From Mesotaenium endlicherianum (Eukaryota): a DNA stretch of 57,958 nucleotides. Numbering within the stretch: the first letter of the stretch is position 1; the number at the start of each line of letters is the position of its first letter. The stretch spans positions 265,151 to 323,108 of the forward strand of contig WELA01001161.1 in NCBI GenBank assembly GCA_009602735.1, in the 5' to 3' direction. The notes beneath the pieces were generated by a model. That model ran no database searches and was not told the DNA's origin. It saw only the letters and a list, made by a program, of their open reading frames with translations. Below, piece by piece: positions 1 to 12,300 of the stretch. The position numbers and the translations under genes are program-made.

Positions 1-304
1 GGGGGGGGGGGGGGGGGGGGGGGGCTGTAGCTTTAGCGGCAGAGAAGTGAAGATGGAGAAGTATTTGACTGGTCTCTGTCAAAGAGATGGTTGCTACTGC
101 GAGGTCTTCCCGTGACAGAAAATCAGGTGGGTCATGGGGTTTGATAATGTTGGAGGGAAAGTGCACATCCGACAGAGTGCAGGAAAAGCACCGGTGGTGT
201 GACGCAGTCTTGCACGTTCTCGACACTAGAAGTGACTGCTGGTAGCCAGCCAGTCATCTCACTCCTGCGCTCTCTACGATTTGGCCTTCTACTTCTGTGG
301 GCAG

Positions 305-1937
305 CTACTGCAACGACTGCCGCCACTTGGACCTCTGCCGAGACGCCCAGCTGCTTGCGCGGAACTGGCGCTGCCAGGTGCCGCACTGCCAGCAGCCGTA
401 TGACCTGGCGTGGGTGGAGAATGCCCTCTTGCAGGTCTGCCACGCTCACCCTGCCCGCTTGCCTGTCTCACATCGCTTCCAATTCTTCCGCTCCACTAAT
501 GAAGGGACACCGCTTTCATCGTCCCGCTCATATCGAGTGGTGACAGGTGCACTCAGGCCGGGTGGACACGTGGATATGCAGAATGCGCAAGCACATGCAT
601 GTGGGTTTGCTATGGAACAATAGGAAGGCAGAAATGAAGAGCACCAGGTGGCGAGTCAACTGGAAAACTGACGAGCTGGCGGTGTGTGTGTGTGTGTGTG
701 CGCGTGTGTGCGTGCGTGTGTGCGTGTGTGTGCGCGTGCAACAGATCGTGAGGCAGAGGTGTCGGCTGTACCAGCTGCAGGATCTCAAATGCCGCAAGTG
801 CCGTCAGGTGTGCACGCCTCTCCCTGCCAGGCGCTGCTCTTGTGGCTCTCTGCTAGACTTGCTAGGTGTGAGCGAGAGGCACAAGTGCTTCCAGTGCTTC
901 CAGTCCAGATGTTTTGCTTGACGTATGTGGACCTGCAGTGTCTGCTTTAGTAACTGACACATGAATATGGTGTCTGGTCGTGATGCTGTGTTCGTGTGAC
1001 AGTGCGTGTCTTGGTCTAGGGCGTGCACACGCTTGTGTGCGTGTGTGTGCTTGTCTGCTTTTTTTTGGGGGAGGGGGGGGNGGTGGCCCCCGGGGACGTT
1101 TTAACGGGGAGAATCAACATGCGTCTCGACGCAGCTGCTCTGCTGATCCCACTCGGTACTCACCATGACCTCCGCCATGGCGCTGCACCTCCTCCTCATC
1201 CTCCGACGGAGCAGCCTCCCCCCCCTCGCCAGCCTCACAGCGAGAGCCCTCCCCTCGAGCCCCTCCCGTCTCCTTGCCAGCCGTCACGCCTGAGGTTTGA
1301 CGCATGCGGCGACGGTGAAGGAGAAGGAGAAGAAGAAGAAGAGTGCGTGTTCTTGCTGGAAGAGGACCGCAGGCGTGCTGCGTGGCCTGCGGGGCGCGGG
1401 GGGGAGGACAAGGAGGGGGAGAGGCAGGTTTGTGTGTGTGTGTGTGTGTGTGGGTGTGTGCCTTCGTTAGTACGTGCTTGTGGGCGTGCGCTTTCATTTG
1501 TTTTTCAGTAAGTACATTAATAACCACTTACCTCATACACGTACAAAAGTAAAGAATAATAGAAGTTTTTGTCCAGATTCTGTTCTGGCGCGCCGTTCAT
1601 GAGGAACTGCCTACTCTACACTAGTGCAGCCAAGGGAGCAAGCTCTTCCTCATTGCGCGCGCAAAAAGCCAGCCCACCAATCTTCCTGGTCACTGTCCCC
1701 CTTCCGCTCCGGCGGTGCTCGTCTCTTGTGCGTGCGTGGGAGGGGGAGCAGATCAAGATGGGCCACGTGGCGCAGCAGTGTCAGTGCGCGGGAGATTTCC
1801 GGTGCACGGAGACGCCCCAGCAGTCGCGGCAGCGCCTGCAGGTCTTCCTCAACATCGCTCGCTACCATGGCTTCCAGCTGCTTGAGGAGGCCGTCGAGTG
1901 GTTGCTGGAGATTCCAAGGGCACCCCTCCTCAGTTGA
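305..1937 (+). CDS. POL2: DNA polymerase epsilon catalytic subunit, last three exons (305-434, 745-807, 1752-1937); 5' part outside the window
   Basis: GT-AG exons splice in frame to YCNDCRHLDLCRD...WRCQVPHCQQPYD...ENALLQ/IVRQRCRLYQLQDLKCRKCRQ/IKMGHVAQQCQCAGDF...VFLNIARYHGFQLLEEAVEWLL, the C-terminal CysA/CysB region of Pol epsilon; TGA at 1935-1937. Confidence 0.92.
682..738. repeat. (GT/GC)n microsatellite directly upstream of a POL2 3' splice site
   Basis: gtgtgtgtgt...gcgtgtgtgcgtgcgtgtg run ending a few nt before acag|ATC at 745. Confidence 0.85.
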
Positions 1938-2944
1938 TTCGCTAATTTAGTCCCCACGTCCCTTCTCTGAGTAGTTCGCATGGGACTACTACTGGGGGGT
2001 TATTTTGTCAGTAAGCTGATCGCAGCATATTGCTAATCCCATTGTTCTGGTGAGATGATTCAAGTATGCACTTGATCGTGGTGGTAACAAAGATAGGTTG
2101 AGTATATAGGAGCCTTAGTGGGCGTCGGGCGTTATTGCCACAGACACTGTGAGGCGAGGGAAATGTACATATCATAGAAAGGAGAAGAGGAATGTTGCGA
2201 GTGCTTCACATGATTACCTACCTAAACATGTATCCAGGCCTTCCAGGTAGCGCTCTCCTTTCAAACAACTGCGAGGCAGTAAGATTATCTCAGACAGAAA
2301 AAGTAAAACATACTTGATGTCCTTTCCTTTTAACTTCAGTGTAAGAGTCACAGACTGCTTATAGGAGCACCATGTCAGAGCCTCAAAATGGGGGCCCTAA
2401 TCTCTTGATCATTGTATATACACGAAGTCCTACAATTGTTAACCTGCATGATAACCTAATCTGAGGGTGTTTGCGCCTCTTTGAACCTGCTGACTTCCAT
2501 GCCAAAAGTTCAAAGCACAAGATGTGCTCACTCTAGCCTAAATTGAACACCAAGCGGTGCAGCGCTACCAATGTGCACCTAACCTCATCTAAACATGCCT
2601 GCCATTGATAAAACCTAAGAACCAGGCTAGAGGGACCCCTCCTATCACTGTCCACAACCACGCCTAACCAACTGCCTGCAGGGTTCAAATCTGAATGCCC
2701 TGCAAGTGCAAAGTGGGACATGATCTTAACCTGCAAACGCAACCACCAGCCAAGAGGTCGGAGTCGCTCTCGAGCTTCTCTTACCTCCCTCCATGAATAA
2801 GCTATTCCTACTGTACAATGCGCCGAGCAGATACACCCGTTTGAGAATGTCTACTGGCAGCTCCAGCCACATATGTGACGCTATTGGAGCCATCATCACG
2901 TATCAAGGAGCCCCCGTATGATGATATGAAGCAACATCAAACTC

Positions 2945-4691
2945 CTAGAGGGACTGACTGGAGGGGATGGAGCTCGATGGAGACATCCTGGGAAGCTTCC
3001 CTGTGCTCTCCGAACTTCCCTGGGGCTGCTCTGACCCGCCTCTATGTCTGCAGTCTAGTACCGACTGAATGGCATTCTGTACGGACTCTTCCAAGCTGAA
3101 ACCTGGGGTCTCTATACTCCTGGTTGTTCCCGAGGTGGCGTCGGAAGTCAACAACAAGACATGCTTTACCCTGCCAGAGTGGACCGCCATGTCTGCACGG
3201 ACGAGTTTGAGCTTGAGGGCCTGCACCAGGGAACAAGACACCATGTTAGCGAGTATTATGGTCCAAGAGATTTTGTCCTACCTCAGACTTAAACAGATTT
3301 ACAACCACCGACAAGTTATTCACGACCTTTTCACACCAGAGGCATATGCGGCAAGGCACAGCACACCCAGGCTTCCCGTGCTAGTCTATCGCACGCATCA
3401 GTTCCATGACTGGAGTAGGAGGGCGCAGGTTGTATGAGCACATCACCAGGGACAGACTTGAGGGCATTCTGGCCTTGAAAGGCGTTCTCGGGAATAAAAT
3501 AAAAGAATAAAATGCGTCATGAACGTCTTAGTATAGTCACAACAGTCCACATTGAGGTAGCATATCACATTACTACCCAACGCTAGGGCAAGAATATAGT
3601 GAGCTGGATGTGACCCAACCTGACTGGAGAAGGAAAAGGTCGAAAACATAGTTGCACCTGACCAACTCCTACCCTCTCAGAGCTCACATGCTGTAGAGGG
3701 AGAGCAACGGGCACAGCTAAGAAGTACGAGAGGAGTTACCTGCACTGCTCTTAGTAAAGCGGGAAGGAGGTCAGGCCTGTCAGAGCAATTTACAGTCGCC
3801 CTCACCCTTGGCCCCACTCCTTCACCAGCTGATGACTTCAAAACCTCCACTTGAAGATCGTCAGCGTCAGAAGGCAGAGGGCCAGAAGCTGCTTCCATCT
3901 TGGCGGCACTGCGCTTCAGACTTTGCACGTGCTCGATGACCTCAGCCAGTAGAGAAGCCTTGTTTGTCTGCTCAATCCAAAGCATGCACGGAAGCAGCAG
4001 CAAGGATAGCAATCAGCATTTGCTGCACAAGCTAAGTTAGGAAGTAAAGGTTTCGCTGCCACCATCAGCCTACACTCCGTGGTGCAACTTTGTTCGAGTA
4101 TAACAATGACATATTCATCTGGCCTGTAAGTCCGAGCCCTTCCTGAAATTTAGTGAGCCACATGCAGCATACTGTCATTTCTACAGGTGGACGGGCTATA
4201 AGTAGCTCCGATTATGCCGCTAAGACAGAGTGCTGGAAACAGTGTATCCAGTAAAGACTGCAAACTTCACAATGTGTCCCAACAACACATGATATTATGG
4301 AAGGGCCACCAAAGAGATTGCAATAACACTTCCCAGCGCGGCAAAACTCAACCAGAGACACAAAGCAGCGATAAGACTTTAGCCGTAAACAAAAATTGAC
4401 AGATCCCTACGAAAAATGCAGAGCTACGAATGGTCAAATCCATGTCATGAACTAGTAAGCCACGCGTGTACACACCTTATTGGTATTAGGCAGCAGGTTC
4501 CTCAAAGTTCCGAGATGTAAATTAATTCGTTCCCTGCGTCTCCGCTCTGCCTCACTATGACTCCTGCTCTGTGCTAAAAGTTTTGCCTCCTGGAGCTCAT
4601 CCAGGGTCATAAGCCTCTCCGGGTCCAGCTGCTCCTGGAGTTGCTGCAAATACAGCTGAGAATTGATCGGGGATGAGCCGGGCATCTCCAT
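2945..4691 (-). CDS. bHLH transcription factor with C-terminal ACT-like domain, TMO5/bHLH30/bHLH32-like (subfamily Vb); exons 4691-4476, 3967-3740, 3220-2945
   Basis: Three phase-0 GT-AG exons give EAKLLAQSRSHSEAERRRRERINLHLGTLRNLLPNTNK/TNKASLLAEVIEHVQSLKR...VNCSDRPDLLPALLRAVQ/ALKLKLVRADMAVHSGRVKHVL, matching the remembered TMO5 pattern (AKALAASKSHSEAERRRRERIN, DKASLLAEVI, CEDRxDLL, GGRVKNVL). An upstream exon cannot be excluded. Confidence 0.88.
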
Positions 4692-5269
4692 GCCGTTTAA
4701 GTGTGCTGCTCTCGCCCTACCAAACAGCTAACAACAGATTTTACGCCATAAGCAATATATATTACGGTGCCCAGTATTGTCGCTGGCTCGACTCTAGTTC
4801 GGGCACAACTACTTGCAACACCGTATTCCCCACCATTTTCTCTCATACAGCGCGTTTCTATGCACATGTGGCTTTTTTTAGTACCATGGGACTCAACTCC
4901 CCAGTCCCGACTCCCGAGTGTCGCAAAGAGTCGAGTTCCATCACTCCATATCCTGATGGTCTTCAATAGGCATTAACCCAAAGTTACATGTGGAGGGGGG
5001 GCGTACAAACTTCACCCTGTTTCCTGATTACATGGTCAGGCGCCCGTTATACTACTTGAGAATGTCGCAACCGTCAGCTGTTGATAGTCTGACGCGCGTG
5101 CCGGTAGTCACGGTGAGTCAAGGTACCGCGCGAACACTGTTGACTGCAGCAGACCAGGCCGAGGGCTATTCTGTCAAGGTCGATGAAATACCAGGGTCTA
5201 TCCCCTCGTCAAACGTGGAATGTGGCATTTACAGGATGAGCAAACCCAACACCCCAGAATAGGTGGGGA

Positions 5270-6870
5270 ACGCAAGCCATGTCAATTGTGGGTTTGCCCA
5301 CAACAAGGCCAAAGATGGCCACGACAGCACCTGCCAAAGTAGATGCCCACCTTGGACCACTGGTAGGATGTCGTGCCTAACAGTGTCGGTCCCTCGGCAC
5401 GTGCGTAGCCTTTCAGCACGTGTGCCTTCGACCTGGTCGATGTGTCGGTGGCCCTCCTCACGTGCGGGCAAACATGGTCGATCGATCTTCGCACGTGTGT
5501 TGGTGACAAGCCTTACCAGGGTTAACCCATTCCTGGGCTCCTGAACTTGCACCATGCAACCATGACCAGTACTCAGGGCAACGTTCTCCTTCACCCAGCT
5601 CTCACCGTCTGCTTACCCTAAGAATTTAGCAGAAAATTTTAAAAATACCTGCGTTGCCTTAATTCCTCTTACAAGGACGAAAGTCTCTTACTTCCACATA
5701 GGCTTTATGCTTTAAGGTTTTTGGGTTCACAGGCGAGCAAATTGTGGTTTGCAGAAATCACACTCTAAGCACCTTGACATACAACGTCAGGTTCAGAGAA
5801 AATTGCCCTTCACGCTTTCGCTTAACTTTCACAAGTCACAGCTTACAAAACTCTGAAACTACACGTCTATGCTGGCCTGGGTCAAGCTCTTCACTTAACA
5901 TCGCGCCTTAACAGCTCTTCACTGCCAGGCTAGGCCCACTCAGTTCTTCACTGAGAGCTTTATCTGTTAATGCTACTCTCTCTCTTCGAGATGCGAATGC
6001 AATTTATGAGAACTTGGAAACACACAACTCACCATTTTAAGACTGCTTCACACACTTGTGGCGTTCGGCCGAATCTGTGCTAATCTCCTAGCAGATTCTA
6101 TTCTGCAGTCCTCCTGCTTTCAACAGTGAGATTCCCTCTAGGGAACTCCTACAATCCTAACTTATCTATGATACACTGAGAAGAACCTTCAGCGTCGGCA
6201 GAAGCGTGGGGCCTCGGCCCTCCAATGGCCTTGGGAACTCCTTCTTCTTCTTCGCGCCCTTCTTCTCCTTCCTTTTGCTTCTTCTGCTTCCTCTGCTTCT
6301 TGGCAAAAGTGCATGAGAGTGAATGACATGTCTCAGGCAAGATTCGTGCCTTTCGCAGGCACCACACAGCGTCATCTTTCGAGAATGCCGTGCTTAGTCA
6401 CAAAGCTTGGCTGCATGTCGCTTTTGCCTAGCCATGCTCAACTCAAACTCGTAGTCACTCAGCATGCATGCACACCTCGTGACTGTCGCGCGTGGCTGCT
6501 TAGCTTCTCAGCTGGCAGTCACGCCTAATTGGCTCATGGCTAAGAACTCCTGAACGGTGCGTACAAGCAAATGCCACTTGCTCAAGATTCCCAACCGGGC
6601 GGCCGTAATCTATCTTGGCATTGCGGCCATGACCTGGCTCAATCTGCCAGTCACACAGTATCGGACTTGGTACCTGCTGGGCGGCTCATCACTGATCTCC
6701 AGCTTCTAGTCTCGCGGCTGTCTATGCTGTCAAAACCTACCCCATTCCTGGGTGTGAGGCACATTGACATTGACCCCTTGCCAGTGGTTTTGATGCTGAC
6801 ATAACCGCTGACTGCGACAAAATCAGTCAAGTGGTCGATGAGTCAACGTTGACTTTCTGTACCTGGGTGG
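5270..6870 (+). repeat. Unclassified interspersed repeat, copy A (boundaries approximate)
   Basis: Collinear blocks shared with 23240-24260, e.g. gttcagagaaaattgcccttca vs gttcagagataatcgtcttca; tcaccattttaa in both; aatctcctagcagatt in both. No recognisable ORF. Confidence 0.7.
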
Positions 6871-7159
6871 CCGTAGCTTGCGCTGCGCGTGCGGCACCGT
6901 CAACGGATAGTAATCACGACAAGGATGCGTGGAGGGGAAACTCCTTTCAAAAATACGGGTGAAATAGCGCCCACAATTCAAGAATTAAATTGCGACCCAA
7001 AATCAAAATGTCAAATTTAGTACAGTGAATTAGCAACCTTAATCAAATAATATGTCTCAGAAGCGACCAAAAACTAAGCCTAGAAAAAAAAAAGTGATAT
7101 AAAAAAAATTCAAAGAGACCTAAATTCAAGAGTTTGAAAAATTAGTGCTAATTTTTCCT

Positions 7160-7610
7160 CCATGCAAGATGGCCACGGCAGGCCTTCCATGGCAACGTGC
7201 ACCAAAGTGATGGCACGCAAGCTCAGCCATGGGATGAGAAGCCACGCAGTCACACGCGACTCCAATGAGGCAGCACAAGGAGACTTGGTGACGCGAGCTT
7301 AATCTTGAACCAAGACTTAATCAATTTTATGCATGCATGAGCGTGAGTAAGGCACGAGCAAAATCCAAGATGACATTCATTTCAAGAAGGAGCAGGAGGA
7401 AAAACTTAGAAGAAGGAAGGGTTGACTCCCTAGCAAGCTGAAACTTGCAAATCTTATCTGTCAAATTATTCTCGAGCACAAACTAGGACAAACACCAGCT
7501 TTGCCAAAAACACATAAACTTGTGAGTTGTTGTTCAAAGTCGAAGTTTGCAGAAGTCTATTATGCAAAAGCAATTCTTTGAGAAAAATTCACAACATTTG
7601 TTGAATGACG
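7160..7610 (-). repeat. Unclassified interspersed repeat, copy B (inverted, partial)
   Basis: Reverse complement matches copy C: gctcgtgccttactcacgctcatgcatgca vs gctcgtgctttactcacgcacatgcatgca (~23808); tgcctcattggagtcgcgtgtgactgc vs tgcctcgttggagttgcacgtgactgc (~23894); aattgcttttgcataatag vs aattgcctttgcataatag (~23463). Confidence 0.78.
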
Positions 7611-7992
7611 ACACATCACAATGGAGGTCCTTGAACATCAATTTAGCAACGTATTAAGTTTTGGAATTGCCAAAATTCCAAAGTCAATCAACCACCTTCT
7701 AACATTTTTTTGGGTAGGTTGGCTCATCTCTTTTATGTACTCGCAATTGCTTTACACACTCTGGACTAGCTTGCTCACAAGCTGTTTTCTCTTCACTTTG
7801 ATCTCTACGGATCGATCGTGCCCTCTTCTAAAACAATATCAAACACCGTGAGGGAATCGACAATATTCACCTTACAAAGCCCCTTTTAACGTAGAGACAA
7901 AAAACACGTCCAAACAGCACGATTGTTGTCGACACTCGCAGTCGAGGCAACGACCTCCCCCCCTCCCTTCCTCCTCCATCATTTCTCCCTCC

Positions 7993-7995
<3 letters not shown>

Positions 7996-8036
<41 letters not shown>

Positions 8037-8037
8037 N

Positions 8038-8106
<69 letters not shown>

Positions 8107-8111
8107 ACACA
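7996..8111. repeat. Compound (CT)n(CA)n microsatellite
   Basis: Long ct dinucleotide run followed by a ca run. Confidence 0.95.
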
Positions 8112-9312
8112 CCCTCATAGCAAGCAGGCGGCCATGGTCGCCTCCCAGATAGAGAGGCCATGGTTGCACATCAGGATGCACTCTCAAACTTTTGATCCCA
8201 CAAACTCATATATGCAACGAGAGCGTCCTTTTTCCATGCCCCCATCAAGAGCTACCTAGCAACCACGTCGAGCCTTGTACTTTGCCATGGCGGCTCACAA
8301 AAAGCCCAATGGGCGCACTCTCTAACCGAAAAGCATTAGCAAGAAAGAGACCCTAATAGATGGAGGAAGCAAGTTCTATGGCGCTCGCAATAGGGCGGGC
8401 CGCGGGAAGTAATTTAGAATGCTTTCATGTCGATAAAGGTGAAACGCGTACAGAATGGAGTACGAGGCCCAGAGGTTACGTACGGGCAAGAGCTCACACG
8501 AGCAATGGCCCCGTACTTTGTCCCCTCTGGTCCCCTCATAGCCCTTACGTGAGGGGGCCTTGCCGACGAATACAACCTGGGCCTCGTTCTCTTTCTCGTT
8601 CTCGTTCTGGGTACAGTTGACGGCATGTGTGTGGACGTTCAAAGCGGTTCCATCATGCCCAAGCATGTGATGAACAAGGAGGTCAAATCAGCAGTTGACG
8701 ACGTCAAGTCCACCCACGCTGGTACCGAAGAGGGGTCCTCTTGGGTCCTCTGCTCTAATATTCCAGGGTGGGGAAAACGCTGTAGTCAAGACCATGTTTT
8801 GACTGCAATTTTGTTCGAACGCATTGAATCTTCACCAATAGGCGGCTGCCAATATGGTCAACACTTTCTTCTTAAACCAATCATGGCCCCCCTCGTATGT
8901 GTCCCCAGCTATCATCCGGTGCCCATGTTGCATGTACCGCAGAGGATAATTGAAGCGTCATCGTTACAAAAGTGGGACTTTAGCGCTTGCATGGTCCTGG
9001 TCGTTTGTTACGCTGCCCAGTCCTAGCAAATGAAAAGCCTCGACAGCAAGCCAAATTTGATACATGAAATCGTCGGATCGGTGTTCAAAGACCCCCATTG
9101 TACACATCACGAAAGGTCGTTAAGATAGCTAACTTGCTTACTATTAAGACAATTCCCTCAGTGCAAAATCTTGGTTCATTTCTGTCTTAACGCGTAGCTT
9201 TACTTTGTAATCGTAACACATTGCCTGGTTAGGGTACCTCATCTCCGGTTGGTGGTGAGGAAGTTCGGCAGTTTCTAAGATCCAGAGAAGCATTTATAGG
9301 GAGGCTTCTGTG

Positions 9313-12300
9313 ATGCGAATCTATCGCGCGTTGCTGCTTGTGGCAGCTATAAGTTTGCTGACAGCTCTTGAAGTGTTGGCAGGGTGAGTCGTCCTAGTCG
9401 TCACCGTGATTTCACAATATTGCAAGGCGGGACGGGTGGGGGGCTGTGATTTTACGTTCATTGTAGCCAATGTAGCGCGGCAGACAAATTCAATGCCTCT
9501 TTTGTGCTTCTATTATAGAACCTCATGCTTTACAAGCTGCTTAAGCTCGTGAGGGAAGTATGCTCAGAGTTGCCAGTTGATTTCTTTGCACGAGTTGCCG
9601 GTCCATCCAATCATGATACGAGATCTATGGAGTAGCCTTGCTGAGGCCAAGATTCAACCCTTACGAGCAGATCGTCTTTAAATGTTTGATGCTTATGTAA
9701 CACCCTGACCTTTAATGATCCTGCAGGAAGAGCTACTATGATATCTTACAAGTATCCCGTTCAGCAAGTGATGATCAGATCAAAAGAGGGTATCGGAAAC
9801 TTGCCCTGAAATATCACCCGGACAAGAATCCAGGCAATGAAGAAGCTAGCAAAAAGTTCACTGAAATAAGCAACGGTATTTTCACGGCCATAACAAAATT
9901 CATCCTCTTGCAGTGTGTCTGCAGTGTGGGCTATTTCATATTCATGGCAGATGAGGTTGTTCTTATAGATCTTGCAATCAGTCCTTTCTTTGGCTGTATA
10001 AGTACTGTAATTTTTTTTCGTTACATTCTGTCTGCACATGTGGTCAGCAGCCTTTGGCCATCAGTGAGCCAACGAGTTGATTCTGCATAGATGTTTCAAC
10101 TGGCAGCTTACGAAGTCCTCTCAGATAAGGAGAAACGTCAGATCTATGACCAGTATGGAGAGGAAGGCGTTAAGCAACACAATGCACAAAATTCTGGAGG
10201 AGGTGGTGGTGGCGGAGGATTTGGTCAGGATATCTTTTCACAGTGAGTCTTCTTCCACGTCCTAAGTACTGTCTATATTGTGTCTGAAATGCTGCAATGA
10301 AATTTATGCATGAGGACCTACGGTGCTTCTTTATTTCTGCGTTTCATGGTTGCCAAGCTCATCCTTTTTTTCTTCTACCTCTTTGAGTATATATCCTCCT
10401 TCACATGAAGACTACTTACTTTTCCATTATGGCAATCATTCCTGACCTTAAACAGGCCTTTGTTTCATTTCGGCGTTAGAACACCGCCGAGAGCATGTAC
10501 AAGGACGTTAAATGCATATTTGTATGGTATGCTGCCCACATTCGTAGGGCGGGTGATTTCTTTCACTGTACAAGGCCTCTGATGGTTTGGATATGACCGA
10601 GAGGTATGACTTGCAGATCCTCCAGGGTTGGTGGAGGTCAAGGTTCCTGAACTGATTGACTGTGCATGTATATATATATATATATATATCTCCTGTCTGA
10701 ACAGGGACAGGATTAAGACTCATATGATCCTTGCCGGGAGGCCCTTGGGATATGGCTTGTTGCACTGGCTATCACAATACGCCTCCTCAGTTTTTAAAGA
10801 GTCATGTGCTTGGGTATGTAGGTTCTTTGGTGGAGGCATGCGCTTTGGTTTCGACCAGGAAGAGGAAGATAAAACTCCTAAAGGTGACGAAGTTGTTGTG
10901 GAGCTAGAAGCCAGCCTGGAAGACTTGTACATGGGAGCAACCATTAATGTGAGTGTCCCTTTCACTTCATGTTTGAAGTAACACTCCAGCTCCTGTGGCA
11001 CTGCTGTACTCGACGGAGTGGTGCAGACGAGCTGGCTAGAGTGGGCTTTATGGCTCTAGCTCGGTGATGAACGCATTGAAAATTGGTAAATTCAGAAGCT
11101 TGTGTTAGGATGCTGCAATATAGCTGCTGTGACTGGAATAATACAACAAATGGCATGCACAGAAGCTGAAGCTTACACCTGCAGCTCCGTTAGATCTAGG
11201 GGTTTTGACACCATTGGGATCTGCAGTAATTTGCTAAAGGAGCTCTTTTGCAGATCGTGCGCGACAAGAATGTGGTGAAGCCTGCACCTGGCAAGAGGAA
11301 GTGCAACTGCAAGAACAAGATGGTGACCAAGCAGATTGGTCCTGGGATGTATCAGCAGTTTGCCCAGCAGGTAAGAGGGCACTCATTCAAGGGGTTACTT
11401 TATTGCTATGTTTGCAGCACTTACAAATGTGCTCACTGTCCATCGCATCAAGCAGCCCCTCATCTGCCACAAGAAATCTCGCAGCCGCTCAAAAAGCCTC
11501 CACCTCTTTTCTCACCAATTCCTGCCCTACTCCATGTGTACTTTGCACTGCATGTAACCTTTCTCATCCTACGCACACACATAGGTGAGGTGTTTAAGCA
11601 TCAAACATTTTGTTTGGCAGGGTCAATTCATGGGGGAAAATAGGTTGAAGAATTAGAGGTGTGCAATAAAGCAGAAGGGAAGTTCTTGAAAGCAGAAGCA
11701 AAGAAGCAGACATATCAGACTTGGTAGTAGACGGCTCGTCTAGTAAATAAGTACAGAGACCCTGGGTGCAGCTCTTCATCTGTGCGATCCAGGGAGAATA
11801 GTTCTGGCCTGGTCAGTTGAATCAGCTACTGAAATGTATACATAATGCAGGAGCATGTTGAGTAGCAGAGATTGCTTTTTGGTGTTGCATGGCCTTAAGT
11901 AGCAGGGAACTAGCTACTCCTGCAAATTATGGGTACAGAAACCTGCTCCTGATGGAAATCATCAAGTACTTCACCATCACTTTTTCTCCCTCTCGTCTTT
12001 TGCAATTTGAACATTGTAAAGCCAGCTTTCTTTTTGGAATGGACTCATACAATTAGGTGCAGTTCATCTGTGGGTTTTACATAGGCGCAAAATACGGTTT
12101 CTCTATTCATCTTCCGACTTTTCCAACCATATGAAGTTGCAGATGGCAGCAAATAGACTGTCTTCCCATTGTAGATTGTGACTGTCTTCTCATTGAAAAT
12201 TGTTTCCTCTTGAGAGCTGCAGGTGTGCGCAGAATGCCCAAACGTAAAATACGAGAGGGAGTCTTTGCCCATGGAGGTGGAGATTGAGAAGGGCATGAGG

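Noticed and set aside
1023..1527. ORFs inside the last POL2 intron
   Set aside because: Built from low-complexity GA/CT/GT tracts, and the flanking exons already join in frame.
8877..8895. ERSE-like CCAAT-N9-CCTCG upstream of ERdj3B
   Set aside because: The mismatch falls in the essential CACG core, and one near-match is expected by chance.
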